Source: an uncultured Flavobacteriales bacterium (GTDB lineage Bacteria > Bacteroidota > Bacteroidia > Flavobacteriales_D > Sanyastnellaceae). Taken from it: 64,000 nt of DNA. Shown in pieces: positions 61,584-64,000 of the stretch. The stretch is from positions 1,254-65,253 of the forward strand of contig CAJQJX010000006.1 in assembly GCA_905478795.1 (NCBI GenBank), given 5' to 3'. Under the pieces are notes generated by a model. The model was not told the origin of the DNA and did not search any database. It worked only from the letters and a program-made list of their open reading frames with translations. How positions within the stretch are numbered: the first letter of the stretch is position 1; every line of letters begins with the position of its first letter. A program made the translations under genes and the position numbers.

Positions 61584-63647
61584 ATGTCCGAGCAACCCGC
61601 CCGCACCCTCGTCACTTCGGCATTGCCATATGCCAATGGCCCCATCCACATTGGCCACATTGCCGGTGCCTATTTGCCTGCAGACCTTTATGTCCGCTAC
61701 CTAAGGGCCCGAAAACGGGATGTTGTGTGGGTGTGCGGTTCTGACGAACATGGCGCAGCCATCACCCTGCGCGCCCGCAAGGAGGGCACCACACCACGCG
61801 CTATTGTGGACCGTTACCACGAAGAAATGCAGGGGGCATTTAGGGGCTTGGATATTGATTTTGACCACTATGACCGCACTTCGAGTGCTGAACACCATGA
61901 GTTTGCCCAGTCTTTTTTTCTGGACCTTCTCGAGAAAGGGGCGTTCACGGAGGAGACGCGCCAGCAGTTCTATGATCCCATCGAACAGCAGTTTCTTGCC
62001 GACCGCTACATCCAAGGCGCCTGTCCAAAATGTGCGCATGAAAAAGCGTTTGGCGATCAATGTGAGAAGTGCGGTTCAGCGCTGTCACCAGAAGAACTGA
62101 TCGGGCCGAAAAGTACCCTGAGCGGGGCCACGCCAGAAATGCGGGAAACCACGTTGTGGTATCTCCCCATGGACCGACACGAGGATTGGCTGCGTGAGTA
62201 CTTGGAGCAGGGCAAGCTAGATGGCGAGGTCCATCACGACCCCAAAGCTTGGAAGGCCCACGTACTGGGCCAATGCCGCAGTTGGATTGATGGAGGGCTT
62301 CAGAGCCGTGCCATGACGCGGGACCTCGATTGGGGAGTTCCAGTGCCCGTGGAAGGTGCCGACGGAAAGGTCTTGTATGTGTGGCTTGATGCGCCCCTCG
62401 GATACATCACAGCCACCCGCAATTGGGCCGCCAAGAAGGGGGTGGATTGGGAGCCATATTGGAAGGACAAAGACACCCAGTTGGTGCATTTCATTGGCAA
62501 GGACAACATCGTCTTCCACTGCATCATCTTCCCCATTTTGCTGAAAGAGCAGGGGGAATATCTGTTGCCACACAATGTTCCTGCCAACGAATTCATGAAC
62601 CTCGAAGGGGACAAGATTTCGACTTCGCGCAATTGGGCGGTGTGGGCCAGTGAATACGTCCAGGATTTTGATGGACGGAGCGATGAGATGCGCTATGTAC
62701 TCGCGTCCATTATGCCCGAGCAAAAGGATGCTGAATTTACCTGGGAGGATTTCCAGTCTCGGGTGAACAACGAACTCGCTGATGTACTTGGCAATTTTGT
62801 GAACCGTGTTTTCGTGCTCACTGGGAAATTTCATGGGGGCAAGGTTCCGGGTGCCTCGGGCCAGTGGACCGATGTAGATGAGGCCTTGCTTTCTCTGATG
62901 AAGGGTACACCAGAAGCGGTGGGAGAGGCCATCGAGCGTTATCGTTTCAGAGAGGCGCTTCAGCATGCCATGGGGCTTGTCCGTGCGGGCAACAAATACC
63001 TGACAGAAGAAGAGCCTTGGAAGGTGGCCAAGACAGACCCTGTGCGGGCTGCGGACATCTTGCATTTGGCGTTGCAGGTCACAGCCAATGCCGCCGTGGT
63101 GTTGGCTCCATTCCTGCCCAAGACTGCGGCCCGATTAACCGATGCGCTCGGAACATCAGGATTGCCATGGGATGCCGCGGGAGGTTCGTTGGTTCCAGAA
63201 GGGCAGCCCTTGGGGCCATTGCCGATCCTATTTGAAAAGATCACCGATGAACAGGTGGCCGAGCAACAGGCCAAAATGGGCCCCGAACTCGAGGGGATGC
63301 GCGATGTTGAGCCGGAAAAGGATGAAACAACGTTCGATGACTTCCAGTCGATGGACTTGCGGGTCGCAGAGGTCCTCTCGGCTGAAAAAGTGAAAGGTGC
63401 TGACAAGTTGCTTCAGCTGATCGTCAGGACGGGCTACGACGAGCGCACAGTGGTAAGTGGCATTGCGGAGCATTTTAGCCCCGAAGAAGTGGTGGGCCGA
63501 AGGGTGGTATTGTTGGCCAATTTGGCGCCGAGAAAAATCCGGGGTGTAGTGTCTCAGGGCATGGTCCTCATGGCATCTACAGAAGATGGTGGATTGCGGT
63601 TCGTAACGCCAGAGGAAGGCGCTGAACCGGGGGACATCATTCGCTGA
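61584..63647 (+). CDS. metG: methionine--tRNA ligase with C-terminal tRNA-binding (Trbp111/EMAP-like) domain
   Basis: TSALPYANGPIHIGHIAG is the HIGH motif. The zinc knuckle is CPKC..CEKCG. KISTSRN is the KMSKS motif. The C-terminus is LRVAEVLSAEKV..ADKLLQL. Confidence 0.95.
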   Translation: MSEQPARTLVTSALPYANGPIHIGHIAGAYLPADLYVRYLRARKRDVVWVCGSDEHGAAITLRARKEGTTPRAIVDRYHEEMQGAFRGLDIDFDHYDRTSSAEHHEFAQSFFLDLLEKGAFTEETRQQFYDPIEQQFLADRYIQGACPKCAHEKAFGDQCEKCGSALSPEELIGPKSTLSGATPEMRETTLWYLPMDRHEDWLREYLEQGKLDGEVHHDPKAWKAHVLGQCRSWIDGGLQSRAMTRDLDWGVPVPVEGADGKVLYVWLDAPLGYITATRNWAAKKGVDWEPYWKDKDTQLVHFIGKDNIVFHCIIFPILLKEQGEYLLPHNVPANEFMNLEGDKISTSRNWAVWASEYVQDFDGRSDEMRYVLASIMPEQKDAEFTWEDFQSRVNNELADVLGNFVNRVFVLTGKFHGGKVPGASGQWTDVDEALLSLMKGTPEAVGEAIERYRFREALQHAMGLVRAGNKYLTEEEPWKVAKTDPVRAADILHLALQVTANAAVVLAPFLPKTAARLTDALGTSGLPWDAAGGSLVPEGQPLGPLPILFEKITDEQVAEQQAKMGPELEGMRDVEPEKDETTFDDFQSMDLRVAEVLSAEKVKGADKLLQLIVRTGYDERTVVSGIAEHFSPEEVVGRRVVLLANLAPRKIRGVVSQGMVLMASTEDGGLRFVTPEEGAEPGDIIR

Positions 63648-64000
63648 TCAACACCTTTCTTGCCCGCCCAGACGGGCTGACCTGAATCAACAACTTGCCA
63701 GTCAACGGGTCTGCAGGCCGACCCAGCAGGTCATACGTCTTCCATGGATAAAGGGAAGCTTCCTCTGGCTCAGTGAGCGCGTCTGTGCTGTTTGTTTGGT
63801 CACCTAAACCGCTCCACAACCAGTTGCAACGTTCCATCGAATTCCCAGCCATCCAACCCTCGTAAAGTCGAAGCTCGACTTCAAACGGGTCCGTCCATGT
63901 GCTCAGGTCCACGCCGTTTTGATACTCCAGGAAACGCACGTGGGGTTCCACACTCCCATCAAATCCGAAGGCGTTCGGCGCTGAGGAGACGTTCTCCGCG
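63637..64000 (-). CDS. C-terminal part of a hypothetical secreted protein, possibly with a T9SS-type tail (gene runs off the right edge)
   Basis: The frame stays open to the window edge (..AENVSSAPNAFGFDGSVEPHVRFLEY..). The ending YDLLGRPADPLTGKLLIQVSPSGRARKVLISE resembles the last strands of T9SS sorting domains. It overlaps the metG 3-prime end by 11 nt. Confidence 0.45.
   Translation of the reverse strand, partial: AENVSSAPNAFGFDGSVEPHVRFLEYQNGVDLSTWTDPFEVELRLYEGWMAGNSMERCNWLWSGLGDQTNSTDALTEPEEASLYPWKTYDLLGRPADPLTGKLLIQVSPSGRARKVLISE

Overview
Gene-dense chromosomal segment (about 50 protein genes, one tRNA, very little non-coding DNA) from a fairly GC-rich member of the Bacteroidota. The phylum call rests on several lines of evidence. 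Three proteins end in T9SS-type C-terminal sorting domains. gldH sits behind a PSP1 gene. The holB-PSP1-gldH and ileS-dksA-lspA gene orders are typical of the phylum. Upstream regions carry TAnnTTTG-like boxes instead of Shine-Dalgarno sequences. Most of the window is housekeeping: recJ, leuS, ileS, metG, prfB, fumC, acpP-fabF-rnc, pyk, ispG, recO, recX, holB, lspA, kbl and ferritin. The accessory content is cell-surface proteins. These are a small lipoprotein with six DCGG cysteine-knot repeats, a 378-aa fibre-like protein with an exact 14-residue repeat, and an adjacent 3112-aa T9SS adhesin. The adhesin has about 18 HYR-like modules plus a cysteine/calcium-motif region. An M43 metalloprotease with a PKD domain and a T9SS tail is also present. 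I found no rRNA, CRISPR array, transposase, integrase or obvious defence genes. There are three candidates for uncharacterised systems. (1) A four-gene, translationally coupled operon: YfiR-like, helical signal-anchored protein, HAMP-PP2C phosphatase, ClC-CBS channel (51454-56696). (2) A VWA plus BchI-like AAA+ pair with deviant Walker motifs, coupled to recO (38501-41851). (3) An orphan membrane protein with a His/Trp-rich ectodomain and a basic cytoplasmic tail (60133-61506). A window-wide regulatory signal is also visible: a -7-type promoter octamer lies only 4-9 nt upstream of many start codons, which suggests widespread leaderless mRNAs. All homology calls come from reading motifs in the translations. 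No database search was run.
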